Source: Octopus vulgaris
Lineage: Eukaryota
Length of the DNA stretch: 64,000 nucleotides
Reading direction: 5' to 3'
Assembly (NCBI GenBank): GCA_951406725.2
Contig: OX597828.1
Coordinates: 69,006,001-69,070,000, forward strand
This document shows, in pieces, positions 13,919-27,349 of the stretch. Each line of letters opens with the position of its first letter. Position 1 is the stretch's first letter. The notes under the pieces were generated by a model that ran no database searches, was not told the origin of the DNA, and worked only from the letters and a program-made list of their open reading frames with translations. The translations under genes were made by a program, and so were the position numbers.

Positions 13919-13994
<76 letters not shown>

Positions 13995-14210
13995 GGTGGA
14001 TGGTGGTGATGCTGGCAATGATGTTATGATAGTGATGGTAATGATGATGATGGTGATAATGGTGGTGATGATGATGATGAGGATGATGATGATGACGATG
14101 ATGATGATGATGATGATGATGGTGGTTGTGGTGGTGGTGGTGGTGGTGGTGGTGGTGATGGTGGTGATGGTGGCAATGATGTTATGATAGTGATGGTAAT
14201 AATGAAGATA

Positions 14211-14257
<47 letters not shown>

Positions 14258-14410
14258 GGTGGTGGTGGTGGTGATGATGATGATGATGATGATGAAGATG
14301 ATGATGATGATGATGATGATGACGATGATGATGATGATGGAGATGGTTGTGGTGATCATGCTGGCGATGGAGATGATGATGGTGATATTGATAATGTTGA
14401 TGGTGACAAT
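13535..14410. repeat. (GAT)n/(GGT)n array with a higher-order ~135-160 bp period
   Basis: Anchor GGCAATGATGTTATGATAGTGATGGTAAT recurs five times (~13560, 13718, 13878, 14014, 14172). Confidence 0.9.
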
Positions 14411-14415
14411 AATGA

Positions 14416-15190
14416 TGGCAGAAACGTTAGTGCGCCGGGCGAAATGCGTAGCGGTATTTCGTCTGCGTTACGTTGTGAGTTCAAATTCCGCCGAGGTCGA
14501 CTTTGCCTTTCATCCTTTCGGGGTCGATAAATTAAGTACCAGTTACGCACTGGGGTCGATGTAATCGACTTAATACCTATGTCTGTCCTTGTTTGTCCCC
14601 TCTGTGTTTAGCCCTTGTGGGTAATAAAGAAATAGGTATTTCGTCTGCCGTTACGTTCTGAGTTCAAATTCCGCCGAGGTCGACTTTACCTTTCATCCTT
14701 TCGGGGTCGATAAATTAAGTACCAGTTACGCACTGGGGTCGATGTAATCGACTTAATACCTATGTCTGTCCTTGTTTGTCCCCTCTGTGTTTAGCCCCTT
14801 GTGGGTAATAAAGAAATAGGTATTTCGTCTGCCGTTACGTTCTGAGTTCAAATTCCGCCGAGGTCGACTTTACCTTTCATCCTTTCGGGGTCGATAAATT
14901 AAGTACCAGTTACGCACTGGGGTCGATGTAATCGACTTAATACCTATGTCTGTCCTTGTTTGTCCCCTCTGTGTTTAGCCCCTTGTGGGTAATAAAGAAA
15001 TAGGTATTTCGTCTGCCGTTACGTTCTGAGTCCAAATTCCGCCGAGGTCGACTTTGCCTTTCATCCTTTCAGGGTCAATTAAATAAGTACCAGTTACGCA
15101 CTGGGGTTGATGTAATCGACTTAATCCGTTTGTCTGTCCTTGTTTGTCCTCTCTGTGTTTAACCCCTTGTGGGTAGTAAAGAAATAGGTA
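14416..15190 (+). mobile_element. Head-to-tail tandem array of SINE family B (4 units, ~184 bp period)
   Basis: Junction AAAGAAATAGGTATTTCGTCTGCCG at ~14635, ~14819 and ~15003. Only the first unit has the 5' head. Confidence 0.92.
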
Positions 15191-15616
15191 ATAATGATGA
15201 TGGTGGTGAGAGTGATGTTGATGGTGATAGTGATGGTATGGTAGTGGTGGTGTTGATAGAATTGTTGATTGCCTATCCTATTACTGGTACCGTAACCAAG
15301 AAATCTAATTCACTCTCTCCCTCTTTTTCTCTCCCTCTTTCTCTCTCCCACTCTCTTTCTAATCTCTACCTCTCTATATCTTCCTACATCTCTCACTGGA
15401 CGTAACACACCACAGATGTATCTCATATTCGCCACTCCAATCTTCTTCAAGTAACACCCCTAACTCTCTAAAATCACGAAGTATGCATTAATAAACTCTG
15501 ATGTGCAAAAAGATAGGAGGGGTCGCGGCTGAAACCTTTTGAATCATAGGTGTGTCCAGTCAGAGCTGGCTTAGGACTAAGCAACAACACCAACAAACAG
15601 TATAAGCAGCGGCAGC

Positions 15617-15965
15617 GGAGGCGCAATGGCCCAGTGGTTACGGCAGCGGACTCGCGGTCGGAGGATCGTGGTTTCGATTCCCAGACCGGGCGTTGTGTGT
15701 GTTTATTGAGCGAAAACACCTAAAGCTCCACGAGGCTCCGGCAGGGGGTGGTGGCGAGCCTTGTTGTACTCTTTCGCTCCAACTTTCTCTCACTCTTTCT
15801 TCCTGTTTCTTGTCCCCACTTCCCACGCAACTGCTGAGCCTGGATGCGCATTCATCCATCCGTCGATGCTCTCGGTGTCGGGGGTTGACCTGCTCTCTCT
15901 TCTGCGGGTCTTACAAATAGCAAAGGACCACGTATCGGACTTCTCAGAAGACCGCTTCGCTCAAC
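15617..15965 (+). mobile_element. SINE family A
   Basis: Full-length match to 6926-7294. Confidence 0.9.
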
Positions 15966-16263
15966 AAATAAACAAACAAACAAAGCAGCAACAACAACAA
16001 CAACAGCATCAAAGACTGAAGTCTTTAGTTGCACCGCTACGGCCGAATGAGTTGCAGAATTCTTTACTGTCGGTCCAGTAATGCATTACATTTCCCCCCT
16101 TAACTTCACCCATCCCCTCTCATTCGTTTTTAATAGTTTCCATTTATTAATGTCTTTGAACTCACTTCTCCAGTTGTCTACTTTTCCTTATTTCTCACCA
16201 CCACCGTAACCCTAATATTCATTTTGGTTCACCTTTTGAAGACCTGCTGCTGCTGCTGTTGCT

Positions 16264-16632
16264 GTTGAGCGAACGGTCTTCGTCCCAGAGCTCGCAAGAT
16301 GGGAGAAGTCCGAAACGTGGTCCTTTGCTATTCGTAAGACCCGCAGAAGAAAAAGCAAGTCAACCTCTGACACCGAGAGCATCGACGGATGGATGAATGC
16401 GCATCAAGGCTCAGCGGTTGCGTAGGAAGTCGGGGACAAGAAACAGGAAGAAAGAGTGAGAGAAAGTTGGAGCGAAAGAGTACAACAGGGGTCGCCACCA
16501 CCCCCTGCCGGAGCCTCGTGGAGCTTTAGGTGTTTTCGCTCAATAAACATACACAACGCCCGGTCTGGGAATCGAAACCGCGATCCTCCGACCGCGAGTC
16601 CGCTGCCGTAACCACTGGGCCATTGCGCCTCC
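16264..16632 (-). mobile_element. SINE family A (inverted relative to 15617-15965)
   Basis: Reverse-complement match; flanked by (CTG)n. Confidence 0.9.
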
Positions 16633-16714
16633 ACCGCTGCTGCTGTAGTTGTAGTGGTTGTTGTTGCTTTTATTGTTGTTATATTCGAATGAAGAGATCT
16701 GAGTTAATTCAAAC

Positions 16715-16937
16715 ATTCGAGCGAGGTCATTGCCAGTACCGCCCGACTGGCCTCCGTGCCAGTGGCCCGTAAAAATCACCCACTACACTCTCGGAGTGAT
16801 TGTCGTTAGGAAGGGCATCCAGCTGCAGAAACTCTGCCAGATCAAGATTGGAGCCTGGTGCAGCCATCTGGTTCGCCAGCCCTCGGTGAAAATCGTCCAA
16901 CCCATGCTAACATGGAAGGCGGACGTTAAACGATGAT
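16715..16937 (+). mobile_element. Family D short retroposon (RTE-type 3' part, (GAT)n tail)
   Basis: GTTAGGAAGGGCATCCAGCTG...CCAACCCATGCTA.CATGGAA..CGGACGTTAAACGATGAT; four further copies in the window. Confidence 0.85.
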
Positions 16938-17289
16938 ATCAGAAATAAAATTGATTATCAGACATAAATCCAGATTGTTACAGCAAGATTTTAACTCGTA
17001 GAAATACATGCTGACGATTAGCTGAGTTGTCTCGTTCCACTTTTAGCAGATGTGCACGAAAACTGTTGATGGGACAGACACACCCTTTCCACATCCAAAA
17101 CAGGAGTGGTTGCATCATTGAAAGCAAAGTGGAAAGAATTTATAACTGTCGCTTCATAAGACAAACTTTTAAAATTTCAGTGTAAAGTTTTAGAACCCAC
17201 CAAAAATAAAGAAAACAAAAATCTGACGGCTTTCATCAATAAACATCTGGATCCGGCCAAAATGTGTGCTCTTCCCGACAAAACAAGAC

Positions 17290-17460
17290 TATAGGCGCAG
17301 GCGTGTCTGTGTGGGAAGAAGCTTGCTGCAGCCACATGGTTCCGGGTTCAGTCTCACTGCGTGGCACCTTGGATAAGTGTCTTCTATTAAAATCTCAAGC
17401 CAACCAAAGTCGTGTGAGTAGATTTGATAGACGGAAACTGAAAAAAGCCCGTTGAATATA
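17290..17460 (+). mobile_element. SINE family C, 5' half
   Basis: TAGGCGCAGG..CTGTGTGG..GGTTCAGTC..GTAGACGGAAACTGAAA-like sequence, matches 44078-44240. Confidence 0.85.
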
Positions 17461-17519
17461 TACATACATTCATAATGCATAATACATACATACATTCATA
17501 CATACATATATATATATAT

Positions 17520-17719
17520 TACGAAAAAAACAAGAGACGAGTTTACGAAAAAAACAAAAGACGAAGACAGGTGGTGTACAAAACAAACAGATGTATTAGT
17601 ATAACGCTCAGGAATAGAAAAAAGTCTTTAACGTTTCGAGCCTACGCTCTTCTACAGAAAGGGACACAGAAAAAACAAGGAGAGAAAAAGTGTGTGTAGT
17701 GGCTAACGATCTATCATGG
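17520..17719 (-). mobile_element. Penelope-like fragment with minimal hammerhead motif (17626-17661), same family as 10055-10248
   Basis: Minus strand reads CTTT-CTGTAGA-A-GAGC-gtag-GCTC-GAAACGTT-AAAG. Partial tandem duplication of the 3' end (17520-17565). (TA)n on both sides. Confidence 0.7.
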
Positions 17720-18594
17720 GTATATATATATATGTTTGTTCTGTCTTTGTGTCTTCCCCACCGGTGTTGGTGTGCTTACGTCTCTAATTTAGCGCTTCGT
17801 TTCAACTGGCCGCTGAGTTAGGGAAGGAATGGCAGCGCCCATGACACTCTATTTTTTCATGGTTTCCGAGATAAATCGAATAAGTTTTCCTTAAACCGAA
17901 GAAGACCTGGTTAGAAAACTTGCAACAGAGTGAACACTGCTGAAATACACAAATACCAGGTAGGGACGTTAAACCAAGCGCTTTAACTCGGAAACTAAAA
18001 AAAAAAAAAAAAAAAACCCTTCGAAAATTTAAAAAAAAAAACACACAAATAACGCAAATATTTTCATCACATCACAAACCTTAGATTTTATTTTATTGAT
18101 CCTGAAATGATAATTAAAAAAACAAAACAAAAAAAAAAAAAAAGAAAACGTTGACCGTGGTGAAATTTGAACTGAGAGTGTAAAGAACCGAAATAACTGC
18201 TGCAAGAGTGGGAAAAGAGATACGTTATAAGGAAGCCCCGTTCTTTTATAATAAAAAGTAATAATCACTTAACTTTTGGTCAAAGTCGAAAAAGTTTGTA
18301 TGTAGATATGATGAAGCAAATCTACAATATGAATTCCCATCAAAACTGAACGGTTTTCCTTGATAGGCTTATCCTCTATCACTCAACACTTCGATACCGC
18401 CCGATGGAAACAATGAAAGAAGGTAGGAACATCCTCTATGGTGCTTTTCTTCAGTTAGATATACTATTATGTCTCCATTGTAAAATTATTGGAAATGTAG
18501 ATTGTTCTTCGGACATTTCGGAGACGTTATAAATATCATATTCCAACAGCTGTACAGCACAGCCACCTGGTGAGTAGTAGGTATATGGCAACAG

Positions 18595-18825
18595 AAAGCG
18601 GCGAGCTGGCAGAATCGTTAGCACGCCGGGCGAAATGCGTAGCCGTATTTCGTCTGCCGTTACGTTCTGAGTTCAAATTCCGCCGAGGTCGATTTTGCCT
18701 TTCATCCTTTCGGGGTCGATAAATTAAGTACCAGTTACGCACTGGGGTCGATGCAATCGACTTAATCCGTTTGTCTGTCCTTGTTTGTCCCTTCTTTGTT
18801 TAGCCTCTTGTGGGTAGTAAAGAAA
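18595..18825 (+). mobile_element. SINE family B, full-length
   Basis: GGCGAGCTGGCAGAATCG head, GAGTTCAAATTCC B box. 17-bp duplication TAGGTATATGGCAACAG at 18578-18594 and 18826-18842. Confidence 0.92.
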
Positions 18826-20019
18826 TAGGTATATGGCAACAGTTAATATCGCACGAATAACTGATTTTTATGAAATAAGTCATATATATGAAAGTGTTGT
18901 AATATCAATATGTAGTATACATATATAACATGCTACAACATGTGTGTTACTGGTGTGGGAGTGTTTTAAGGTTCAAAATACGGCTGATGTGAAACAGTTA
19001 GAACTGATAGCGCGTATGGTATTACAGCATTCATTTAAGTTTATGAAGGAATTAAAACTAACTACATTTTCCATCCGAAGTTGATTGATACGTGAATGTT
19101 TTATAAGTTTAATGAAGTATGTTACAATATCGTAAAACTTATTCAGGAAACTTCGCTTTCATAAATCAAAGACAAGGGGAGAATCAGAAACTCGACAAAA
19201 CGAGCCTTGGCATGATGTCTGGATGGAAAGTATTATTTTCACAAAGCAACGAAGATGGGGAAAATCCTGGCATAAGTGATTCCAGTTTTACGAGCTATCA
19301 AAATGGTTCAATCTTCATTGATAATGTACTTAAGGAAAGTTTGAATACCACTACCTCTCATTTACATATTCGTTAGAATATAGGATTTTAAACAAAAGCA
19401 AGCAGGAGCACTTCAGTGGAAAGAGAAAAATATGGATTAGAGTACATTAGAGATAAGATCTCAATGCGCCAAATGTGTAACTCGGTTTCGACTTGAAGCT
19501 GATCTCATTACATTCCCTAACACTACTAATGACTACATAAAGATTTCTGCTTCTTTTCATTTCTTTCTCATTGCTAGTGTCATGGACTGAACTTATGTAA
19601 AAGAAGTGTCAATGCAAAAACAGTGACTGGAAATTCGAAACATTTTAGTTTCTTAAATATCATCTTAGTGAGTGACTATATTTTAGGGCTTTGATCTTGG
19701 GAAACTTTTCTGAGCCACTAATGATTCAGTGATTTTATATATATATTTCGGAGTTAATCAAAATATTCTTATATGGGAGTATGCAATCGATAAAACAGAT
19801 GAAATATTTCGTTTTTTTTTTGCACTAGTCGACCATTTTAGATACGTTGAAAGATCTGAACATGGTCGACTAATTGTGTTGGCACTAAAATTTAACACGG
19901 AAATGGAACTTATCAGTAAAAATTGTTTACCAAATTCTCCAAATCCTTCTAATTGAGTTACGGATAGTAGTTAATTTCTGCAGAGTCGAATCAACGATGG
20001 TGAAGATGGTGAAGATGGT

Positions 20020-20173
20020 GAAAATGCCGACGACCGCTTTGTTCAAAGCCTCCCTTGACCTCAAGTGGCCTGAACTCTTTACATGAACACCACCCTGTAC
20101 TTAACTCCATGTCCCCCTACATGGCCTTGCTATTTGCTTTTGAGCCAAATTAACTAACTAACTAACTAACTAA
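20020..20173 (+). mobile_element. CR1-group LINE 3' end
   Basis: Same family as 11733-12290 (KMPTTA..K.SLD.KWPELFT, 3' UTR, (TAAC)n tail). Confidence 0.85.
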
Positions 20174-20266
20174 CGATTTACTTTCTATTCCCGTTTGACT
20201 TTCATTCCAAACGATTCTCGTTTGACTTTCATTCGTTACCTTGCAGTGATGAGTATAGATATGGAT

Positions 20267-20342
20267 TACCGTATTTTGCTGCATATAAAACGCGCTTTTT
20301 TTCTTAAAATTTGACCTCAAAATCACTGTGCGTCTTGTATGG
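20267..20342 (+). mobile_element. Possible pogo/Tigger-type terminal fragment
   Basis: TA-CCGTATTTTGCTGCATATAAAACGCGC...GTGCGTCTTGTAT resembles pogo/Tigger ends; no partner end found. Confidence 0.4.
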
Positions 20343-21081
20343 TGAAGGTCAAGTTTAAGGTCCAGCTTTGGACCTTGGTATCAACCTTGTTTAACAATAC
20401 AAACAACTCAAACACCTTCAAAATGATTATAATGGCATATTACGCTGTACACGATGACCTTGTACATGTTACATGTACTCATTCCATATCCCGTAAATCA
20501 CGTGAATTACCAGGGGTCCAATCTACCTTTAATATTACCATGCTAACGATCTATGCTCATCATTGGTGTTTAATGATAGCTATTGTCACCTGTCTTATAT
20601 GCAGATGCATTCATATGATCAATAGTCTCACCATTCTAGATAAGAATTCCTTTTCGGCACTTATGTACGAAGTTGAAATTTTGGTAAATCTCTCCATGTG
20701 AACATCTTCCTTATGTTAGATTTCCATGCTTATTTGATTATGAACATATATAACTCTAGTCTTGAGTCCTGAACGCTAGTTATTGCTGACTTCTACAAAT
20801 AATTCCTAAGAAAAGACTGAATGGTCGAGGGCTTCAAAGTAAATAGTTTTAAGGAGATTTTTACCGCAATGGCCCCAGGCTCTCCTACGTAGCCCACTGT
20901 AGAGAACTTTCGATACGAAACTGACATTTCACTCATATGGCTTGGATCTTCTGGAATAAATTGAAAACTCTGAGTGCTGGCCGGCCCTGTCAAGGACTAC
21001 AATATTTAGAACCCAACATTGGCAGCTAATATGATTCTTCTGGAATGCTCCACGTGGAAATCATTCATTGTCTAGCATGCT

Positions 21082-21140
21082 TTGCTTCACAAAGTCCTTG
21101 CTTCAGAGAGTCCTTGCTTCACAAAGTCCTTGCTTCACAA
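21082..21140. repeat. 16-bp minisatellite, ~3.7 copies
   Basis: TTGCTTCACAAAGTCC repeated. Confidence 0.85.
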
Positions 21141-21523
21141 GAGTGCAATGAGAACAGGAGAACACACCACATCCTGTGTTATGCCTCGGCTCCGTGTGAT
21201 CTTACACATGGCAGTCTGCTTGTTTACGCACCATCAATATCTACAGTTCCCGATAATCATATACACATTATTATACAACAGTCTGTGTAACCTTATACAC
21301 AAATGACTATATATACCGAATATAATATCCAAAATTATATCCACATTACTCTAAATACTATAACCTTATGTAAACACATTATTACACACGCAGTAATTCG
21401 ATATACGAAATATTATACACGCTGTAACTATCTCCCGCTCTTTTCCCTTTCCAATCCCTCCCTACATCTCTTTCTGTTCACGCGCACGTGCACACATACA
21501 TAGATATATATACACATACATAC

Positions 21524-21601
<78 letters not shown>

Positions 21602-22239
21602 ATATATATATATATATAACGTGTATCTATGTATATGCAACATCTATCTATCTATATACACACACACACATACAATGTATATATGTATACATATATATAT
21701 ACACACATATGCACACGTACACACTCACATACACATATATATCATGATCATTATATATTCCTTTCTATATACGACTGAATATTAAAATCCATGACTCAGT
21801 AAGATGTTTCAAATATTTCCACTCGCTACGCCTAATTACTTGTCCCCCTCTAAAACACACACACAACACACACACACACACACACACACACAACTGTTTT
21901 GGTCTCACTTTTCTTTATTTGCCTCTCATAACTTTTCCTCCTTTTCTTTCTTTCTCTAAACTATTTTCTTTTTCCCAGCGTTCCACTTATCTTTCCTTCT
22001 TTCTTAAATTTTGCTGTTTTTATATTTAATTCTTTAATCCCGATTCTTTCCTCAAAATCTCGCCCTTAATTTCTGTTGTTTTTTTTCTTTCTTTGCTATA
22101 GTCTTTCTTTCTGTATCTCTTTCTCTCTGTCTTGCCCTCTCTCCTTCTTCAGTCCCTTTAGTACTCACTACTCCTCACAATTTCTCTTCCCCCTCCATTG
22201 GATCTTTCAATTCAATTCAATTCTATTCTATTTTTACTG

Positions 22240-22552
22240 GTTCAAAAAGCAAAAGCAAGGCCATGTAGGGGGTCAGGGAGTTATGTACAGGGAGGGTGGT
22301 CATACAAAGAGTTCAGGCCATTTCTGGTCAAGAGAGACTTTGAACTGAGCGGTCGTCGGCATCTTCACTATCTCGTCCGGCAGCTTATTCCACGGATCCG
22401 CAACCCGGACGCAGAAAGCCCCTCTCCTTCGATTGAGATGAAATCGTCGCAGATAGAGCTTTTCGGAGTGACCCCGCAGCCGACGCTCTGGAGCAGGAGT
22501 GAAGAACAGCTCCTTCGAGAGGATACACTTTCCACTTATGATGTTGTGAGCG
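22240..22552 (-). mobile_element. CR1-group LINE 3' fragment
   Basis: Matches 11760-12066. Confidence 0.9.
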
Positions 22553-22814
22553 ACAAATGATTCATTAGTCTTCAGTCAACTTCTCTTTGTTATCAACAAT
22601 AAATTATTTAACCGAACTAACTCGGTGAAACCATTGGCTGTCCGACTGTTCGGACAAGAGGCATTTGCCATCTCTCTCATTCTATTCAGGTTCCGCTTCC
22701 GCATTCTGTCACATTCATCCGGATTTGATTTAATAAGTATCAATAATATTACCAAGGGTTTTAAAACGCACGCGCGCGCGTGAGCAACAGGGGTGCAAAA
22801 CAAAGAGGCGAAAA

Positions 22815-22932
22815 TAGTGCTCGAACACCCAAGGGTAGACTAAAATAATAATCTGTTGAAGCTAAAAAGACTTTATACATTGTTACTCAGAGTTTCATGC
22901 AACCGGATCATCAGACATTCGTGACTATTTTG
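22815..22932 (-). mobile_element. Penelope-like fragment with hammerhead motif (22881-22917)
   Basis: Minus strand TGT-CTGATGA-tccggttgcat-GAAAC-TCTGA-GTA-ACA; stem II disrupted. Related to 50280-50465. Confidence 0.55.
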
Positions 22933-22933
22933 A

Positions 22934-23203
22934 GCGGGGTCACTCCGAAAAGCTCTATCTGCGACGATTTCATCTCAATCGAAGGAGAGGGGCTTTCTGC
23001 GTCCGGGTTGCGGATCCGTGGAATAAGCTGCTGGACGAGATAGTGAAGACGCCGACGACCGCTCGGTTCAAAGTCTCCCTTGACCACAAATGGCCTGAAC
23101 TCTTTGCATGAACACCACCCTGTACATAACTCCATGTCCCCCTACATGGCCTTGCTTTTTTGCTTTTTGAGCCAAAAAATTAACTTAACTTATCTTAACT
23201 TAA
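22934..23203 (+). mobile_element. CR1-group LINE 3' fragment (inverted relative to 22240-22552)
   Basis: RGHSEKLYLRRFHLNRRRGAFCVRVADPWNKL; TAAC-like tail. Confidence 0.9.
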
Positions 23204-24001
23204 CAATACTATGAGTTATTAGAATTTATAAGTAGTTATGAACGGTGTAGTGATTAATATTGAGTGATTCAACGAATAAACTATTAAATCTGATGGGACG
23301 GAGCATTATTACTTCTCAAAATAACGGGTATCTGTTGGAGGAAAAACGATTGACCGTAAGGGGAAAAAAGCGAGTCAAAAGTTAATTAAAACTGGATAAT
23401 ATAAATTGTCTATGAACTCGTGGAAACAGGCAAGAAAGAAAAATGCAGCGAATGAAAAAGCCCCTTTTAGGAATTAAGAGTTAAAGAAAAATTTTGTAAG
23501 GGATACAAATTAAGGTTAAAAATTGATACAAGGTAAAGAAATATCACAAAGACGTAGAAAGTACAAGATACAGGTACGAACACTGCATCGTCAGGAGTTA
23601 ACTATTGGCGCAAACTCAGTTTTGATTACACTATGCGAACAGACCCCAGTATTCTGGTGACCGGGCAATCTGCGGACGCAATATAAAAGTGCAGCTTACT
23701 TTAGCGATAGAAAAGCAGAGGCTAATCATAGTTTTGAGACCCAGTATTAGTATTATTCTCCCAGCAGCTTAAAAAACACTCAGCTGCCGCACCTGAAGCA
23801 TATGTTCAGAACGACTTCCATCTAAGAGAAGTCGGTAAACACGAACACCGTAGGCAGCTGAGGACTGATTTCCGGATAACATTATCTGAAGCACCAAAAT
23901 GAAAACAAACAAAGATGATATGAGACGTCTGTTCATCTTTGAAAAACCTCCGTTTCCTTCTCCTAACAACCAAGAAGGAAAGAGAGCGAGAGCGAGAGAG
24001 A

Positions 24002-24036
<35 letters not shown>

Positions 24037-24354
24037 GGGGAGGATGAGAGGGGAAAGAGATAGGAGGTAAAGAAATCCCTTATAATTAATAAAAGCAACA
24101 CTGTATCAGAGGGTATACCCGTTGCGTGTCAACAGGGTCCAGAGACAAATAATAATTTTTTTTTAAACTAATGTCGCCATTAAATAGTTAGCATCATCAG
24201 CTCGGGATGGTGGGATGATCAACTTTTGATCTCATCATTTTAGCTAGAACGGTGGTGATGATGAAATTGTAGTTGCGAGGTGGGAAGAATTCAAACAGAT
24301 TATACAGATATCGTATACAGAAACAAACATACGCGCATGTCTGTCTGCGTGCGA

Positions 24355-24960
24355 CTACGTATGTTCGTACGTACGTACGTACGTATGTATGTATGTATGT
24401 ATGTATGTATGTATGTATGTATGTATGTATGTATGTATATATTTATGTATGTGTGTATGTATGTATGTATGTATGTATGTATGTATGTATGTATGTATAT
24501 ATTTATGTATGTATGTATGTATGTATGTATGCATGTATGTATGTATGTATGTATGTGTGTGTATGTATGTATGTATGTATGTATGTATGTGTGTGTGTAT
24601 GTATGTGTGTATGTATGTATGTATGTATGTATGTATGTACGTACGTATGTATGTATGTATGTGTGTATGTATGTATGTATGCATGCATGTATGTTCGTAT
24701 GTATGTATGTATGTATGTATGTATGTATGTATGTATGTACGTACGTATGTATGTATGTGTGTATGCATGTATGTATGTATGTATGTATGTATGTATGTAT
24801 GTATGTATGTATGTATGTATGTATGTACGTGTGTATGTGTGTGTGTATGTGTGTGTATGTGTGTATGTATGTGTGTATGTGTGTATGTATGTATGTATGT
24901 ATGTATGTATGTATGTACGTACGTACGTACGTATGTATGTATGTATGCTTGTATGTATGA
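24355..24960. repeat. (TATG)n array, ~600 bp
   Basis: Directly visible. Confidence 0.95.
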
Positions 24961-25736
24961 ATAGATAGGTGGATAAATGTATTTGTATAGTTATATGTGC
25001 AAATGTGTTATGTATGTGCATGCATGCCTGCATAAGTTAACAATAAGAGTATGAGAAAATACGACAAAGAATGTTTTGTTTGCTAAATACTAAAACTGTA
25101 GAGATTCAAATATTTGATAAAATCAGTTACTGGTAGATATAAACTGAATTTGTTTAATATCTAGACAAACATCAGATAACTGAAATGTTTTGGGATAGAG
25201 ACTATGTAAATGGAAGGGAATTCTGCTTTCAAGATGAAAGCAACAGACATGTTTCGATCTGATAGAAAAACTTATTCGACTGTGATGGTTTCATTTTGAC
25301 GTGATCCGTTTTCAAAGAAATGAGTTTTTGTTATCGTTTGATTTAGTTTAGTTTATCATATCATTGAAGAAAATACAGTCTTTTTGCTTTCTGATGCCAA
25401 GAGGACAGCTTTGAACACGTTTCAGCCTCAACAGGCATCAAAAATACAGCATTGCCTCACCTAGACTCCAGGGGCCAAGAGTAACTCTCATACAAAATGG
25501 CGTCCTAGCGCCTAACGTTTTCTCAGGCCTACGTTTTTCATGCTCTTATGATTTATATATTTTATTTGTTTTATATTTTTACTTCAATGTTTTACAATTT
25601 TTGCTTTGTTTTTAAAGTTTTTCTAAGTTTTTAAAGTTTTTCTACGCAAAATTAAAATAAAAATTAACTTTCGGCACAAAAAATTTTCGAGCCGTTCTAG
25701 AATATCGGTTGTAATCCAGTCATTTCTATTTACCAA

Positions 25737-25800
<64 letters not shown>

Positions 25801-25899
25801 TTATACACACACAAACACATACACACGTACGCATCTCTTTATATTTAATCATTTAAATTCTTCCTCTGAAGACTATCTAGCAATAGCACGAGCACACAG

Positions 25900-26200
25900 A
25901 AATTCCAGGATGGTGTCCGGCGTGCTGGAAGACCACTGGGAGTGAGGCACCCCTCAGCTTCTGTTGAAGCATGTCTCTAGGAGAAGGTCACTCTGATATA
26001 AAACCAGATATGCAGGGAATGGCATTGGACATTTTAGAGATCTTTGATTTGTGCTTGAGATCATGGCGCTCCCACATCCCTGAGCCTGCATCTCATATTG
26101 GCACCAGACATCTTGCCTCGGTTTGTCTCTGGATAATTTCAATAGAGTGAGAGGGGTCGTGCAAGCCTTATTGGACCTAAAACTTTGCACAGGCATTGAG
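25900..26200 (+). mobile_element. Degraded RTE-related non-autonomous fragment
   Basis: CTAGGAGAAGGTCACTCTGATATAAAACC and TTGCACAGGCATTG blocks resemble those in 10410-10960. Confidence 0.45.
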
Positions 26201-26511
26201 GACTTTTTCCTCTACATGTGCATTGCTTTTTTTCTTTTTAGGTATATAGTAGAAATCTTTACACAATAATATAAAAGCCACATACTTAGCTATTCTAGAA
26301 ACGGCTGTGAGATTCTTTTACCTATTCACTATAACCACTCAGAACTGAGTTTAAATTATGAGTTAAATGCGATACCATGTTCCTTTTGTTTATTCTCTTT
26401 TTATGTGTGTGTGTGTGTTTGTGTGTGTATATACAGACTGACAAACAGACAGACAGACACACACACACAAAAAAAAACCCCCCTACATAAATAGATATTC
26501 ATATGTACATA

Positions 26512-26630
26512 CATGATGGCTGCCCCCTCGTTATCGAGTATGGCCATTGCACGAAGCTTAACTGCTATTGGTGCTGTGATCGAATGTGACTTTTTAGCCC
26601 AGCTAAAGATCTACAATGTCTTGTACAGAA
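26512..26630 (-). mobile_element. RTE LINE extreme 3' end (C-terminal zinc-finger remnant + 3' UTR)
   Basis: CTRHCRSLAGLKSHIRSQHQ-stop, then the tail shared with 10410-10460. Confidence 0.75.
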
Positions 26631-27091
26631 TATACATACATACATATATACATACATACATACATACATACATACATACATACATACATACATACATGCA
26701 TACATGCATGCATACATACATACATACATACATACATACATACATACATACATACATACATACATACATACATACATACATACCTGCATGCATACATACA
26801 TACATACATACATACACACATACACATACATACATACATGCATACAAACATACATGCATACATACATACATGCATACATACATGCATACATACATACATA
26901 CATACATACATAATACATACATGCATGCATGCATGCATACATACATACATACATACATGCAAACATACATACATACATACATACATACATGCATACAGAA
27001 TATACGTACATACATACATACATACAGAATATACGTACATACATACATACATACATACATACATACATACATACATACATACATACATACA

Positions 27092-27125
<34 letters not shown>

Positions 27126-27315
27126 CATGCATACATACATACATACATACATACATACATACATACATACATACATACATACATACATACATACATACAT
27201 ACATACATACATACATACATACATACAAACATACATGCATACATACATATATACATACATACATGCATACATACGTACATACATACATACATACATACAT
27301 ACATACATACATACA

Positions 27316-27349
<34 letters not shown>

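Noticed and set aside
13728-14564. Poly-Met/Val/Ile/Pro ORFs
   Set aside because: Trinucleotide arrays with no splice or codon evidence.
19119-19376. ORF with NGSIFIDNV, reminiscent of an Ig-domain strand
   Set aside because: No following D.G.Y.C motif and no clear splice sites; insufficient support for an exon.
23680-23692. TATAAAAG possible TATA box
   Set aside because: Expected by chance in AT-rich DNA; no downstream gene evidence.
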